A stretch of DNA of 64,000 nt from Amphiscolops sp. MND2022. Lineage: Eukaryota. Position numbers and translations under genes: made by a program. Numbering within the stretch: position 1 is the first letter of the stretch; each line of letters starts with the position of its first letter. A model generated the notes under the pieces. That model was not told the DNA's origin. It did no database searches and saw nothing but the letters and a program-made list of their open reading frames with translations. Location of the stretch: the NCBI GenBank assembly GCA_964187785.1, contig OZ076409.1:92008001-92072000 (forward strand), in the 5' to 3' direction. Positions 25,001-36,371 of this stretch are shown piece by piece.

Positions 25001-26037
25001 AGACTTTCTTGGACAATTGTGACTTCGGTCGTGAGTTGCTCGCTGGAAAAACGTCTGAGGCTCAGGAGTTCCGTAGATATTGTCGTGATTTCCTGGATCA
25101 GCTGGTCACTGTCATTTTGAACAGTCCTAGTGTGTCATCTGTTGTGGCGAAAGGCCTCTGCAGTTTCAGTCCTGAGATTCTGTTGGAGGGAGATGCCCAT
25201 TCCGTGTTTACCTTATTTGCAGATCTTACTGGAGTATTGGTTTCCTGTGGAATTTTATCGTCCGATGATTCGAACGCTGCTATTGCTCAATTCAGCAGTT
25301 ACGTGGTGGAGAAAAGGAGGTGGCACGAAGGGTCTGACGTGAATGCCAGCGAGATCCCGGATGTGGTACGCTATTTGTTGCAGGACTTTAGGTTTGTCGC
25401 TCGTCCGGAAGTGTGCCGAGTTCTGAAGTTATGCTGTCTTGTAGTTGGGGTCCCCGCAGTGCAGTATCCTCCCGTATCATTTGATCTGAGCGGCTGTGCT
25501 TTGAGTAAAGCTGTCTTCCATGATTGCGTACGCTTAGTGCAATCGTACGTTTTGTGTGCGGGGTATGAGCATCAGGTGTTCTTTACTGATGTGACTTTGG
25601 ATGCGGTTCGAGATGCCATCGTTACTGCAGGGATCTTTTATATTACTCCCAGCTATGATCTCTGGAAGAATTACTGTGATCCTGGTGTGGACTCATTCAT
25701 CGCCAACTATCGCAAATTGTATTCTACATTTTTGCTGGAACGCCGCAAATCTTCAGAGAGGTATTATGTGGAGTGCAATAAAGCGAACAGACGTGCTCGT
25801 GGCAGTGTCGGGGCTTCTGGATCAGAGACCGGCAGTAATGTGAGCGGCGCTTCGAAGAAGAGTAAGAGCGGGAGTACTACGATACATGGTGGCGCGTCCG
25901 GGTCAAAGTCTGTGAAAAAGGTATCTAGTCAGTCTAGTCATTCTGGACAGTCGAAGAAACCAAAAGGTGGCACAAAGGGGCGGAAGAAGGATTCTAGTGA
26001 GGAACGAGATCCTGATGTCGTCCATAGAGTGGCATAA
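22066..26037 (+). CDS. Antisense 8-exon cargo gene (about 1032 aa): low-complexity N-terminus, C2H2 zinc finger, degenerate hAT-transposase-like body, basic tail; one in-frame TAG at 23982-23984
   Basis: Exons 22066-22198, 22314-22568, 22647-22763, 22898-22996, 23094-23674, 23892-24497, 24586-24667, 24812-26037. All seven introns are GT-AG with matching phases; the total is 3099 nt = 1033 codons. Confidence 0.78.
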
Positions 26038-26186
26038 TTGTGATAGTAGACATTTATAGGTTATAGACTGTTTGATGTTTGTTATTGTTGATGATATTTT
26101 GGCGTTGTTTTTGGCATTTTATTTGTATTTTTTGTTATAATTAACGTAGTCATTCCGGTTCAGTTTGACATGAGGAACTTTTCGTT

Positions 26187-29100
26187 CTAGGCGTGAGTTT
26201 GACGTAGTTCTTCCGTCGTAGCTGAGTCTAGCATTCTAAAGTCAGGATCCACGTTAGGTTTCGGATTAGGTCTCAGATTGTATCGACCTACTTTCCTAGG
26301 GTTATATCCAACGACTATAGGCGGTAGTTCAGGCGTTTTGGGAGGGCTTTCTAGAGGCGGTGGTGTTAGTATATAGGGATTGTCACTGACATCCAGATTA
26401 AATGACGTTACGTTGTCGGGGGGTGTTTTGTCTCCTTCGGCTGTTTCATTTGTGGCTGTTTGAGCCACGTCATTTTCCGTTGTAATCTCGCTTGTGGTTG
26501 TTTGAACCACGTCATTTTGCGTTGTAGGTTCGTCATTTTCGATTGTATCTGTGATCTCTGTGATTGTAGTTTCTTCTTTGGCGTTTTCCGTTGCGTCTCC
26601 GAACAGAACTTCTCCGAATTCGGTTTCCCAAGCTTGCGCGTACCAATCATTGTGGGTTGTTTTAACCTCTGGATCTGGAAGGTAATCTTCCCTTCTGACT
26701 GTTACGTCAGGTACTCGCTGATTGGGCGCATATAGCCTTAGGCGAATTCTATGGAGGGTTTGCGTGTAGCGGGTTCCTGTGCGGCGTACGACGTAGTTGT
26801 TGTTGGACAGTACTTTGACGACGATGTACGGACCCGTCCAGATGCAATCTTTGAAAACGAATTTCATTGACTGGTTGTCAGCTTTCGGATTCAAGACGTA
26901 GCAGTAGTCATTCACTTTGAGTGGCGTTGCAGTCGCTTTCTTGTCATAGTATTGTTTGTACTTGAGATATGACTGCATGAGATTGTCTTTAGCTGCTTGT
27001 TGTATCTCAGCTATCTGCTTCTGTAGTTGATCCGTTAGTTCGTCGTTGTTGTCTTTTTTCCATTCCGGCTTTAGTCCCAGCTTGATGTCTAGGATGTTAT
27101 ACGGGATGCGTCCGTGGAACACTGTTGTAGGTTCGCAGCCTAAACTTTCATGGTAGCTTGTATTGTAATTCATGACTGCTATTTGGACATATTTGTGTCA
27201 CATGGATCGTCGTTCCCCCGTCGATATCTTTAGGGAGGTTTTTAAAGAGGCATGAGTCCATTCTAGGATGCCAATGGTTTGAGCGTGTTTCGTCGTTGCG
27301 TGGCTTATTCGTATATCGAGTGTTCGTGCTATTTGGTCGACTACTTCTGACCTGAATTGTGATCCTTTATCTGTTAGTATAACGGTCGGTAGGTAGCAGT
27401 GTCGTGTCATGACGTCTATTATGCATCGTGCGACTGTTTTTGCTGTCATGTCCTGTGTCGGGTATGCGAAAAGATAACGAGAGAAGACGTCCATCATCGT
27501 GACGATGTGCTGATATCCATTGGAGGATGGTAGATTTGGTAGTATATCTACTTCTAGGCAATCTTCTGGTCCCAATGTGAATTCAGTGTTGCTCAGCATT
27601 TTGGGACGTATCTGTCGCGTGTCGATTCTTTTGTTGGCGATGCAGTCTGGGCAACTGGTAACCCAGGCGCGGATTTTTCGTGCTAGTCCCGGGAAATAGT
27701 ATTTGGCTCGGCATTCTTGTATCATCTTTGCTATTCCTGGATGTTTATTTGTCTTGCCATGTAGTGTTGATAGGAGTTCTGGTACAAGGTGTTTAGGAAT
27801 GATGACTTGATTGTGCGTGACTGATCCGTCCTCACCGTAGTATTTGCGCATTAGTACCCCATCTTTCATGATGATTCTTTCTTCGTGGCGTAGTAGGTGG
27901 CGTCCTCGTGGTTCAGTCTTTAGTAGGTGTTTGTCCTATTCTTCGTGCGACACCCGTTGTTTTAACGCTTTCAGTAGGGGGTCCGCATCTTGTTCGTTTC
28001 TGATTCGTGCGTTTTCTTTGATCGCTCCGAATGCATATACTGCGGAGTTGAGGGGTATTTTGATGACTTCGGTGACTTTGGTAGAAAGATCTTTTTCATG
28101 TTCGTCGTTGGCACGTTGTTTACTGAGGGCTTTCCAAGCGAAGATTTCTTGTTCTGATTCTTCCTCTTCATCTGGGAGGAAGAAAAGTTGTTCTTCATTC
28201 GCTACATCCGATGACTGTAGGTTTACTTCTATCGGTGCCGTAAGTATGTCGTACCGTAATTTCAGTTGTACTTTCTCTTTAGGTGTGAGTTCAAGTCTTG
28301 AGAGGAAATCTGCTGCCGTATTTTGTGACCCTGCTACGTGCATGATGCGGAAATTAAATTGGAGTACCTAGTCGCAGGCATTCCAAAGTGCAGGTGGTGT
28401 AGTTTTCGTTTGGAAAAATCGTGTGACCGAACGGTTGTCGGTTAAAACTAGCGTCGGTATTGTCGCTTCCCATAATATATGGCTGTATTCGAGGAAGGCG
28501 TGATATATGGCTAGAAATTCTTTGCAATAGATTGACATTTTCAGTTGTGCTGGTGAAAAAACACGGGATCCAAACGCGACAGGTGCGAAGGTTTTCTTTT
28601 TGGATAGTATTTTCTTTTCATCGTTTTCTTCTATCATGAGGGCATAGCCAGATGCGCGAAAACTTGCGTCTGTCATGAGAACGTATTGCTTTCCTGCTAA
28701 GGGCTGTCGGAGCGCGAGGCCACATTCTTCTGCTAGGCTGTCGTTGATTTCTTTGAAGTTGTCGACGAGTTCTTCGGATATTTTGATCTTGGCGTCGGCC
28801 TTTAGGAGTTCGTACATGCCTATGAGTTTTTCGGACAGGCGGGGTATGTAATTGCGATAATAATTGACGAATCCGATGTATTTTTGAACCTGTTTTTTGG
28901 ACTTGGGGAATCGAACTTTAGAAAGGAAGTTTTTGACTTTCTGGTCTTGCGGTGCTATTCCGTCTGGGGTGATGGTTCTGCCGAGGAATTCAACTTGTGT
29001 AACTCCGAAATGACATTTTTCGATTGTCAATTTCAGGCCTGCTTGTCTGATGCATTTGAAAACTGCTCTAATGTTCTTGATGAGTTGTTCCGTCGTATTT

Positions 29101-31437
29101 GCGGCAATACCAATGTCATCTACATACTGTGCACACTGATCTGCTTTGATGACTGCGTCGAGGTACTCTCGCATGAAGCTTGAGAAGGCTGAGAGGGCTC
29201 TACTTAGTCCTTGGGCTAGGCGCCGGTAGGCGAACGTTCTACTAGCAAAGTTAAAAGCAAGTAATTCTACTGACCTTTGATCTGCCATTTGAAGGCAGTG
29301 GTACGCTTGGGAGCAGTCGAGTTTGCAGAAAAGTTTTTTCCCAGCTAGGTGTTGTGCCGCATCTGAGAGGGTGCTGACGGGGTGGTTGTTGTTGATGTAG
29401 TCATCTGCTATGAGTGCGTTGATTTTGCGCAGATCCACCAGTAGTCTCAGTTTGCCGTTGGGTTTCCGTTGTGCAAATATAGGACTGGCGTACTTGGAGA
29501 AGGGGAGTGTCGTGATGATGCCGTATTTGTGCATGAGGGCCAGCTCTACTGTCAGGTCTTCTTTGAGATTGATTGGGACTGGTAGACTCTGGGTGTATAC
29601 TGGTTTATCATCTCTTGGTGTGAGGCTGACTTTGAATTGCGTGTTCATTCCGATGTCGAGACGGTGGCGGGCAAATATGTCGTTAAATTCGACTAATGTG
29701 CTTTCAAGGTTTTCACGGTCTTTGCCCGTAATTAGTGAGTCAGTCCATTTGAATAACGAAAGGAATTTGTGTCGAGATTCAGCGTTTTCAGTTGGATCTA
29801 GTTTTTCTAGTTCGGCAAGTTCTCGTAGTTCTTTCAAAATTCGTTTTTGTATGGCGGTGTGTTCTTGTTCATTGCCAGGGTTGTCTGGGGTTGGGAACCA
29901 GAATTTTTCTTCAATATCTTCGGGTTTGTCGACTTGCATAAGTGCGTTGATGTATGTGACTACATCGTCGTGCTCTGTTAGAAGGTTGAGTGCAGCGATG
30001 TCTACAGGCCGTATCAGTTTCGTTTCTTCTGGTTTGAGGATTTGTAGTTCCGCGATCTTGGTGTCTGGAGCTATCGTATAGGGGAAGTCTGTTGTGTTGG
30101 CGACCTTGATTGCTACTTTCTTGCTTCTGGCTGTTGTGATTGCTGGGGCTACTATTAGTTTTGAGTTTTCGTCGAATTGTGGTAGGGGCTGGATTGTCCC
30201 TGTGATGGTGTGTTCTGTTGTCACGGGTATCACTGCGTATATTATTCGCGTTGCTTGTGCTGGTATAGTATGTTTCGCTTCCGTTTTAATGGTGATAGGT
30301 TTCAGATTGCATTTTTGCATTTCGTCTGTGAGTGCCATCGTAATTTGAATCTTCGGGAAGTCAATTGTTCCGGGCAGTGTCGAGAATTGCGGCATGTTTC
30401 CGTAGGAATGCTAGTCCGATGATGGGGAAGGACATCTGGTTCATGACAATGAACGTTTCCTCAAAGTTATAGTTGCCAATTTTGAAACGTAATGTATACG
30501 TTGCCAGAGGTTGCTCGAGTTCAGCATTAGCATATTGTACCTTGAAAGGGGGTGGGGGTGCCTTGTGTATGATGCATTGGTTTGCATCTTGTCGGAGTTT
30601 TTCGGCGTCTCTTTCACTAATGGCATTGATGTATGCACCTGAGTCGACGAGGGCGTCTATTTTGACGGAATTGAAGTCTACTGGTAAGAAAAGCATTCGT
30701 TTTTTCTTTTTCAGTGTAATTGCTGACATTAGCGGAATGTAGTCGTCATCTTTGTCATGTTGTATGAATTCCTTGATGACGTCTAGGTCGTCGGGTAGTG
30801 ATGTTGGGTATTCTATTTCTGCATCGTTGCTTCTCGTCATCGCTGTGGCTGGTGCTGTCTGTGTGGGCGGTGGAGATGATGAATCAATGGTTGGGTCTTC
30901 AGGCTTCTGTTGCCACAACGTTTTATCTTCAATGCAAATGATGTCCTCTGCGTTTATGGGCGTGGACGTGACGGTGACGGGCACTGTTGGGGAAGGTCCT
31001 GGGTTCTTCAATATCGGTGAGGGCGGTGGTGGAAAATGATGTGTTTCTCTGGGCTGGGGCTGTGGGTTTGGTATCTGGATTTTGAAAGCAAGTTTGTTGT
31101 GGTCGTATATGTGGGGGTTGTCCCAAGGATCACATCTGTAGTCCACGTCATATATGTATGTTCGTTCAGTTTTGGATTCTGGCAGAGGTCGTTTCAGTGT
31201 GGCATAATTGTCAGGCGACTCCGTTATCCATTGGGGTAGTGGTGTTGGGTCTTCTGGGTGTCGTGCATTGTGTCTAAGTATCATGCCTACGTTCCAACGA
31301 CGTTGCCAGTCCTGTGTCGGTTCTTCGTTGCATTCTGTGAAGAAATCTTCCTCGTATCTATTTGGGGGGTCTTCGATGTTGTACGCCCTCGCGTCTACTT
31401 TTTCCCCGAACCGTAGACGCGGCGATTTTAGTTTTTT
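26187..31437 (-). pseudogene. pol: Gypsy-2 pol (PR LVDSGA; RT YVDD; RNase H; integrase H..H/C..C, D,D; long C-tail), disabled by one frameshift and three nonsense codons
   Basis: ORFs 30361-31284, 28368-30395, 27936-28343, 27198-27869, 26187-27173; the last four are in one frame separated by TAG, TAG, TGA. Confidence 0.95.
31384..31437 (-). promoter_or_regulatory. -1 ribosomal frameshift signal: A_AAA_AAC plus downstream hairpin
   Basis: Slippery heptamer 31431-31437 directly before the gag TAA; stem CGCGTCTAC/GTAGACGCG; the -1 frame is open into pol. Confidence 0.8.
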
Positions 31438-32885
31438 GTTTGGGTGTTGGCGGTGGGGACAGGGGCGTCACTGATTTTGTCCGTGGGGATGGTGAATTCC
31501 CTCTTCTTTCGTCTGGGGTCATTTGCCGCATTTGCTCCGTTCCAACAATTCTCGGTTTTGTGCATTTTTCCGCATGTATTGCACTTGGGTTTGGGGGCTT
31601 CGCTTTGGTTTAAGTCTTTGGTAGGAGGTTTGGCGTTGTTGTAGCGTTCTCTCTGGAGCCTGCGACACTGTGCTTTATAGTGGCCGTATTTTCCGCAGTG
31701 GAAACAATGACCTCGTTGTTGTTGGTCTTTTTTGTCTTCCGTCACTACAGCGTCCACTGTGTTGAGTGGGACTAGGGTGGTTTCATCGGGCGCTCCTAGT
31801 CCGTTTAATCGCATTTCCCGTTCGAGGTGGAGAATTATATCATTGTAGGGTTTATCCTCCAAGTATGCCCTGTTGAGTATCTTTTTTACGTGGTCGGGCA
31901 TTTTGGCGTAGATTGCGTTGTCGATGAATTTCTGTGCTTCAGAGCCAAACGCTTCTTTCGCGGTTTTTTGTAGGATATCAAGGAATTCGTGTAGTTTTTG
32001 TTTGGTGGGGTCAAAGTGGAGTGCGTCCCACTCGCATCTTGCTTTGGCGGAGGATTGAAAATTGCCAAAACGTCGTTTGAAAGCCGTTATGACTTCTTCC
32101 AGATTGTCTTTTTTAGTGTCGTCTAGGTTGCAGTACGCTTGGAGTGCGTTCCCGCGTAGTAGTGAGTGGAAGTAGTTGATTTTTTGGATTTCCGTCAAGT
32201 GGGGATACATTTTAATATTGTTTCGGAACAAGTCCTCAAAAAGTTGAAATTTTTTGGACTTACCATCAAAAACTGGAAGCGAAGCTGTGAGGGCTTTCGG
32301 CATCGGAAGTGGGTGGGCAGATGGGAACGTCTGCGGTTGTGGTGCGAACAGTATCTTTGACGTGGATGGTCGGTCTTTTGGTTGTTCGCTGAGTATACGT
32401 TGTGCTTTTGGTCTTTTGGTGGGTTGGTTAGTGGAATCATTGAGGACTCCTGTCACCATGTTACGACTATTGTTCGGTGTCGTTTTAGAACTAGTCGCAG
32501 TTTGTGCTTTGACTGGGGTGGACGTTCTCGCTACGGAGACGTTTTCTTGGTCAGAATCAGAATCTTGCAAGTTCAGATTAACTGAGCGTTTCTTGTTCGC
32601 AGGTGCTATTAATTTGAGCATTTCCTTTTGATTTTCAGCTAATATTTTTGTTAGATCAGTCATTATCTCTTTTCTCAGAGTTGTTTTTATTTCCTCCAGG
32701 TTTTCAAGCTCAAGTCTAGGGTTTTTACTAGAACTAGGTATCAGGTTTTCGGTGGAGTTATTTTCAGCTAGGGAAGCTTCAAAATCTCCCGACGCTAACT
32801 CAGCTATAGCTTTTCTCTTCTGGCTCCTTGTCGTCATTTTCAAAGTCGAGATATCAGAGTCTTTGGCAAGAATTAAATTCTTCAA
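31428..32885 (-). CDS. gag: Gypsy-2 gag (intact; likely start MTTRSQ at about 32837), two CCHC knuckles
   Basis: CFHCGKYGHYKAQC and CNTCGKMHKTENC; reads through the LTR end and PBS. Confidence 0.92.
   Translation of the reverse strand: MKNLILAKDSDISTLKMTTRSQKRKAIAELASGDFEASLAENNSTENLIPSSSKNPRLELENLEEIKTTLRKEIMTDLTKILAENQKEMLKLIAPANKKRSVNLNLQDSDSDQENVSVARTSTPVKAQTATSSKTTPNNSRNMVTGVLNDSTNQPTKRPKAQRILSEQPKDRPSTSKILFAPQPQTFPSAHPLPMPKALTASLPVFDGKSKKFQLFEDLFRNNIKMYPHLTEIQKINYFHSLLRGNALQAYCNLDDTKKDNLEEVITAFKRRFGNFQSSAKARCEWDALHFDPTKQKLHEFLDILQKTAKEAFGSEAQKFIDNAIYAKMPDHVKKILNRAYLEDKPYNDIILHLEREMRLNGLGAPDETTLVPLNTVDAVVTEDKKDQQQRGHCFHCGKYGHYKAQCRRLQRERYNNAKPPTKDLNQSEAPKPKCNTCGKMHKTENCWNGANAANDPRRKKREFTIPTDKISDAPVPTANTQTKN
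32446..32458 (-). promoter_or_regulatory. PBS TGGTGACAGGAGT (tRNA-Leu-like)
   Basis: Abuts the LTR-terminal CA. Confidence 0.8.
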
Positions 32886-34811
32886 AGAAATTTTGAGTTT
32901 TCGTAATTACAACGAGCAACAAAGTTTTGAAACAAATTCAAGTTCAACTAAAAATACATGTCCTCTCTACATATTTATACCTTCTTAGCATCATTTGTTC
33001 CTCACCTAAAAATTCCTAGGAATCTTAAAAATCGGGTTTGTTCAACAAAATTCGCCGATGATTCAAATTATTTCAGTCTGGCGTCATAAATTCAGGTATC
33101 GAAATTCCTAGTTGCGTCAACATTCCGTGAGACTTTGTTGAAATCATTTTTGTTCAGATAATCCATTTCCTGTTTGATCTTCAAAACCGCGGTAAAATGG
33201 AAGTCTAACTGACATTTTCATCGGCGTAGGCACGCCGGCGTGAACTATTAGTCAATATCCAACTCAAGGAGTTGGAATTTTGAGGAAAAAGATGATGTTC
33301 AAAAATGGTGACGGAAACGATACGTCGCTGAAAATTCGCCGTTGAGAATATTTGAAACGAGAAACAAATGATGCTGATGGGCATTAAGGCAGACTGACTT
33401 CAGTATACAACAAACATGAAATTCAACATAATAATTGACTTGGGTTACGGGAATACTCCGTATCATGTCCCAAATACTATCTAACTGCAACAGCACAAGA
33501 ATAAAAATAAAACAATGTAACAAAGGCATTTCAAAACTGGTACAAATCCGAAATTGCTTTCGGGATCATTCATTCATCATCATATTTAGGGTTAGGTTAT
33601 AAAATTAGCATCAAACAGACATCAGTATAATTTACGTATACACTTCGTGACTTGGAATTAGGTCCTGAGTAATACAGTTTTTATCATACAGAAAACATGA
33701 CGTAAGTTTACGAGGATTAGTGCAAAATCCATCACCATCAACTGATCATAAACTGCAAAGAAAGCATCGGCATGAATTACAGGTACACTCCGTAATATAG
33801 TATTTGAAAGGTATAGCAATGGCGTAATAAATTAGTATAGAATTCAAGACATTACAACTTTGTTCTTCTCATAATCCTTCCTCACAGTGCAGCTGTTTTC
33901 CTCTAAAACCTAATCAAGAAATTCCTTAGCTAATAATGAACCAGGAAAAATTCTCTTAAACTTTCATTCGTTCCATTCTTTTCTAACTATATGTTCTCAA
34001 ACCACTTCGCAAATGCTTCGTATGTATTAAGATTGCTTATAGTAGAGCGGTGGACTACAATTTTACAATTCGCCACGTAACTGCTACGTACGTATAAAGA
34101 TTGCTTATAGCTAGTAGGTCAGAGTGGACAGAAAGCGAGCGGAACGCGTAGGCGAATTCATTCTTTCTCTCTTATTCTGATTGGCGTTGCTAGGGGCAAC
34201 CGAATTCAATACCGCTCGCGCTAGCTAAGAATAATCCTGCCGAGGAGGTGACGTTATTAGTCCGCGAAAGTAGAATATCTAATTTTAGCTCAGTAGAGTG
34301 ACGCCGTCATTACGTTGTAAATCCTCTCTTAAGTCACTTGATTGCGCCTTAAGTGGGTATTGACAACTACTTTATCACAGAAAACACCAAAACAACTCTG
34401 TCTTTTATGTATTTTTCCTTTTAGATCGTATGGATTCCGTTGGGATTGCGGGATTTTAAATGTGTTTTATTTTAGTGTGGAACTGAAGAAAAATCCCTGT
34501 TGTTAAATGTCTATTTTGGTATTTAGATCAGTATGGCGAACTTCAGAAGATTAAACCGGATATGGAAAATCTATTAAGCGTGAAATCTTTTAACCGGAAG
34601 TTTTAGCTAAAAATCATTTCTAAAAATATTCCGTGACGCATACGTTAGATTCTTATTCTGAAAAATTGTCTACGAAATAATCTTAGCTGCACTGTAGGTA
34701 GAATTATATTAGTTTAGTTAGTATTTTAATGGTACTTGCAGTATCCCCTTCCTCTGCCTCTTCCTAGGGCGAAACACCATTCACACCCACGACCGGGAGC
34801 GGGTCGTGACA
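32459..34811 (-). repeat. Gypsy-2 5' LTR (2353 bp); contains the gag start and the last 86 nt of ORF287
   Basis: Minus strand begins TGTCACG and ends ..GTAACA directly before the PBS; near-identical to 13830-15446. Confidence 0.95.
34180..34200. promoter_or_regulatory. CCAAT box next to an RFX X-box-like palindrome GTTGCTAGGGGCAAC in U3 (copies about 17361-17381 and 20011-20031)
   Basis: Fits GTNRCY-N3-RGYAAC; TATAAG motifs lie downstream on the minus strand. Confidence 0.5.
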
Positions 34812-34816
34812 TATTC

Positions 34817-35430
34817 GAACAGCTACTGGACGACTTCAAAGCCTGTGTCAGTGAATAATTTTGGATTAGAGATTTTTTTGAATTTTTTAGATTTCAGGTT
34901 GCCATCTTCCTATGAAATTATAGCGAGCGTATTTCTTCTATAACTTAATTGATGGTAATATTTACTCCCTGGTAGGAAAGAACGCTTTCCTTGAATCACA
35001 AAGCGCAGGAAATATTAATTTTTGTCTTCAAAAATTGACGAGTGATGACATGGGGGTGCCGAAACGTTTCTTTGAAAGATCTTTTGTTTTTTTTTTAATT
35101 GACGTAGTAAGCTTTCACAGGATATTGCAGGGTGTTACATGATAATGCAGGAAAATGTTTTTTTTTGCACCATGAATCTGATCAAAGGTCATCTCAACGT
35201 TTCAAAACGTTTTAATATGATAGTTCGCCAGTTCATAGTTCATAGCTCGCCAGTTCATAGTTTTGTGAAAATGACTCCATGTTGGTTTCTTGCAGGTATT
35301 AAACTGGAATGGCCAATCTCATTGAAACAATCTTTGCACTCTGCCTGCTGTTTAGGAGTATCTTGGCTCTCACTTCGGGAAGTAAGTCGAACTGGTTCTT
35401 TCTATGACCCGCGAAAAAAAACAATGCTGT
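34817..35430 (+). pseudogene. Probable 3' continuation of the decayed hAT transposase
   Basis: Resumes after the TSD; RSILALTSGSKSNWFFS resembles a decayed hAT dimerisation motif. Confidence 0.4.
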
Positions 35431-36371
35431 CATCATAGAAACCATGGAAAAGGGCTGGCTGCTCGCTGCAGATTAAAGCTACTTGATTTCAAATGTCAAA
35501 TCGCAGTAAATTTGTGCATAATTTGTAGACGCAAATTCATTCAGCAAATCTTTCTCAATATTCAATAAGACATTCAGGGGAGATATATATGGCAGCAAAT
35601 GTCATTGACAATTAGAACAAATCTTTTCCCCTGAGCACTTTACAATCAGCATTTCACTTCCAGATATAAGTTTGAACAGCAACTCAATGCCGTTGGAAAA
35701 TGTCAATACAATTTGTTGCTCTAGGTTTTCCAAAAAACTGTTTTCCTCGTTCACTTGAACAATCAATTACATGTACTTCAAAATCGCATTTTTCTTCAAA
35801 TGATTGATAGTTTTGAGGTACACAAAACTGATTGAATAGGCTGCGCATCTTGTGATGTAAACAACTAAACTTAGATGAATAAAATAAACATAGATGGTTC
35901 ATCGGTTTGCAGAAAGTAAAAACCTGCTGTGGGGTGGGTTATCAAAAAAGGAGTCATCTGTTGTTTGCGTTGAAGCGGTGTTCCTTTTTTTGGACAGTTT
36001 CCTTGGACATGTTTCTCGCTCCATTATTTAAACCATAGTTTGTTCTGATTTCTAGTATGTACGGAAGTCTTTCCATAGTGGGATGACTCTGATCTTCAAG
36101 AATGGTACTGTTGTTTCAACTTGTGAATGCTGTAGCAAGGACAGCTGTACTTGGTTGCTATAGCTTGGATAGCAAAAAGGCTTAAAAAAGGAACACGTGA
36201 TATTCAAATTAGACGACAAAACAATGAAAATTGAACGCGGTAAAAGCGCTGAATAATACAAATTGAAAAGATGAATCATCGAATTATCAATATGATAATT
36301 AAGTAATCTCAACATTCCGCACCCCTTGATATGCATTTATCTACAATTATAAATCAACAATTGATTATCTG

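Larger units (their letters stand above)
13830..34811 (-). mobile_element. Gypsy-2: complete giant Ty3/Gypsy element with accessory genes and an amplified 3' end
   Basis: TG...CA ends; 5-bp TSD TATTC at 13825-13829 and 34812-34816; PBS, PPT, gag, PR-RT-RH-IN order. Confidence 0.96.

Noticed and set aside
27936-28370. Stop-codon reassignment (TAR = Tyr): several premature stops fall at probable Tyr positions (28368, 27936, 37196, about 61866)
   Set aside because: gag, ORF287, the cargo gene and the host gene end at TAA, and Tyr is otherwise encoded by TAT/TAC. Single substitutions in decaying elements explain it.
29410-30081. 223-aa and other plus-strand ORFs overlapping gag/pol
   Set aside because: Antisense shadows of coding sequence with no motifs.
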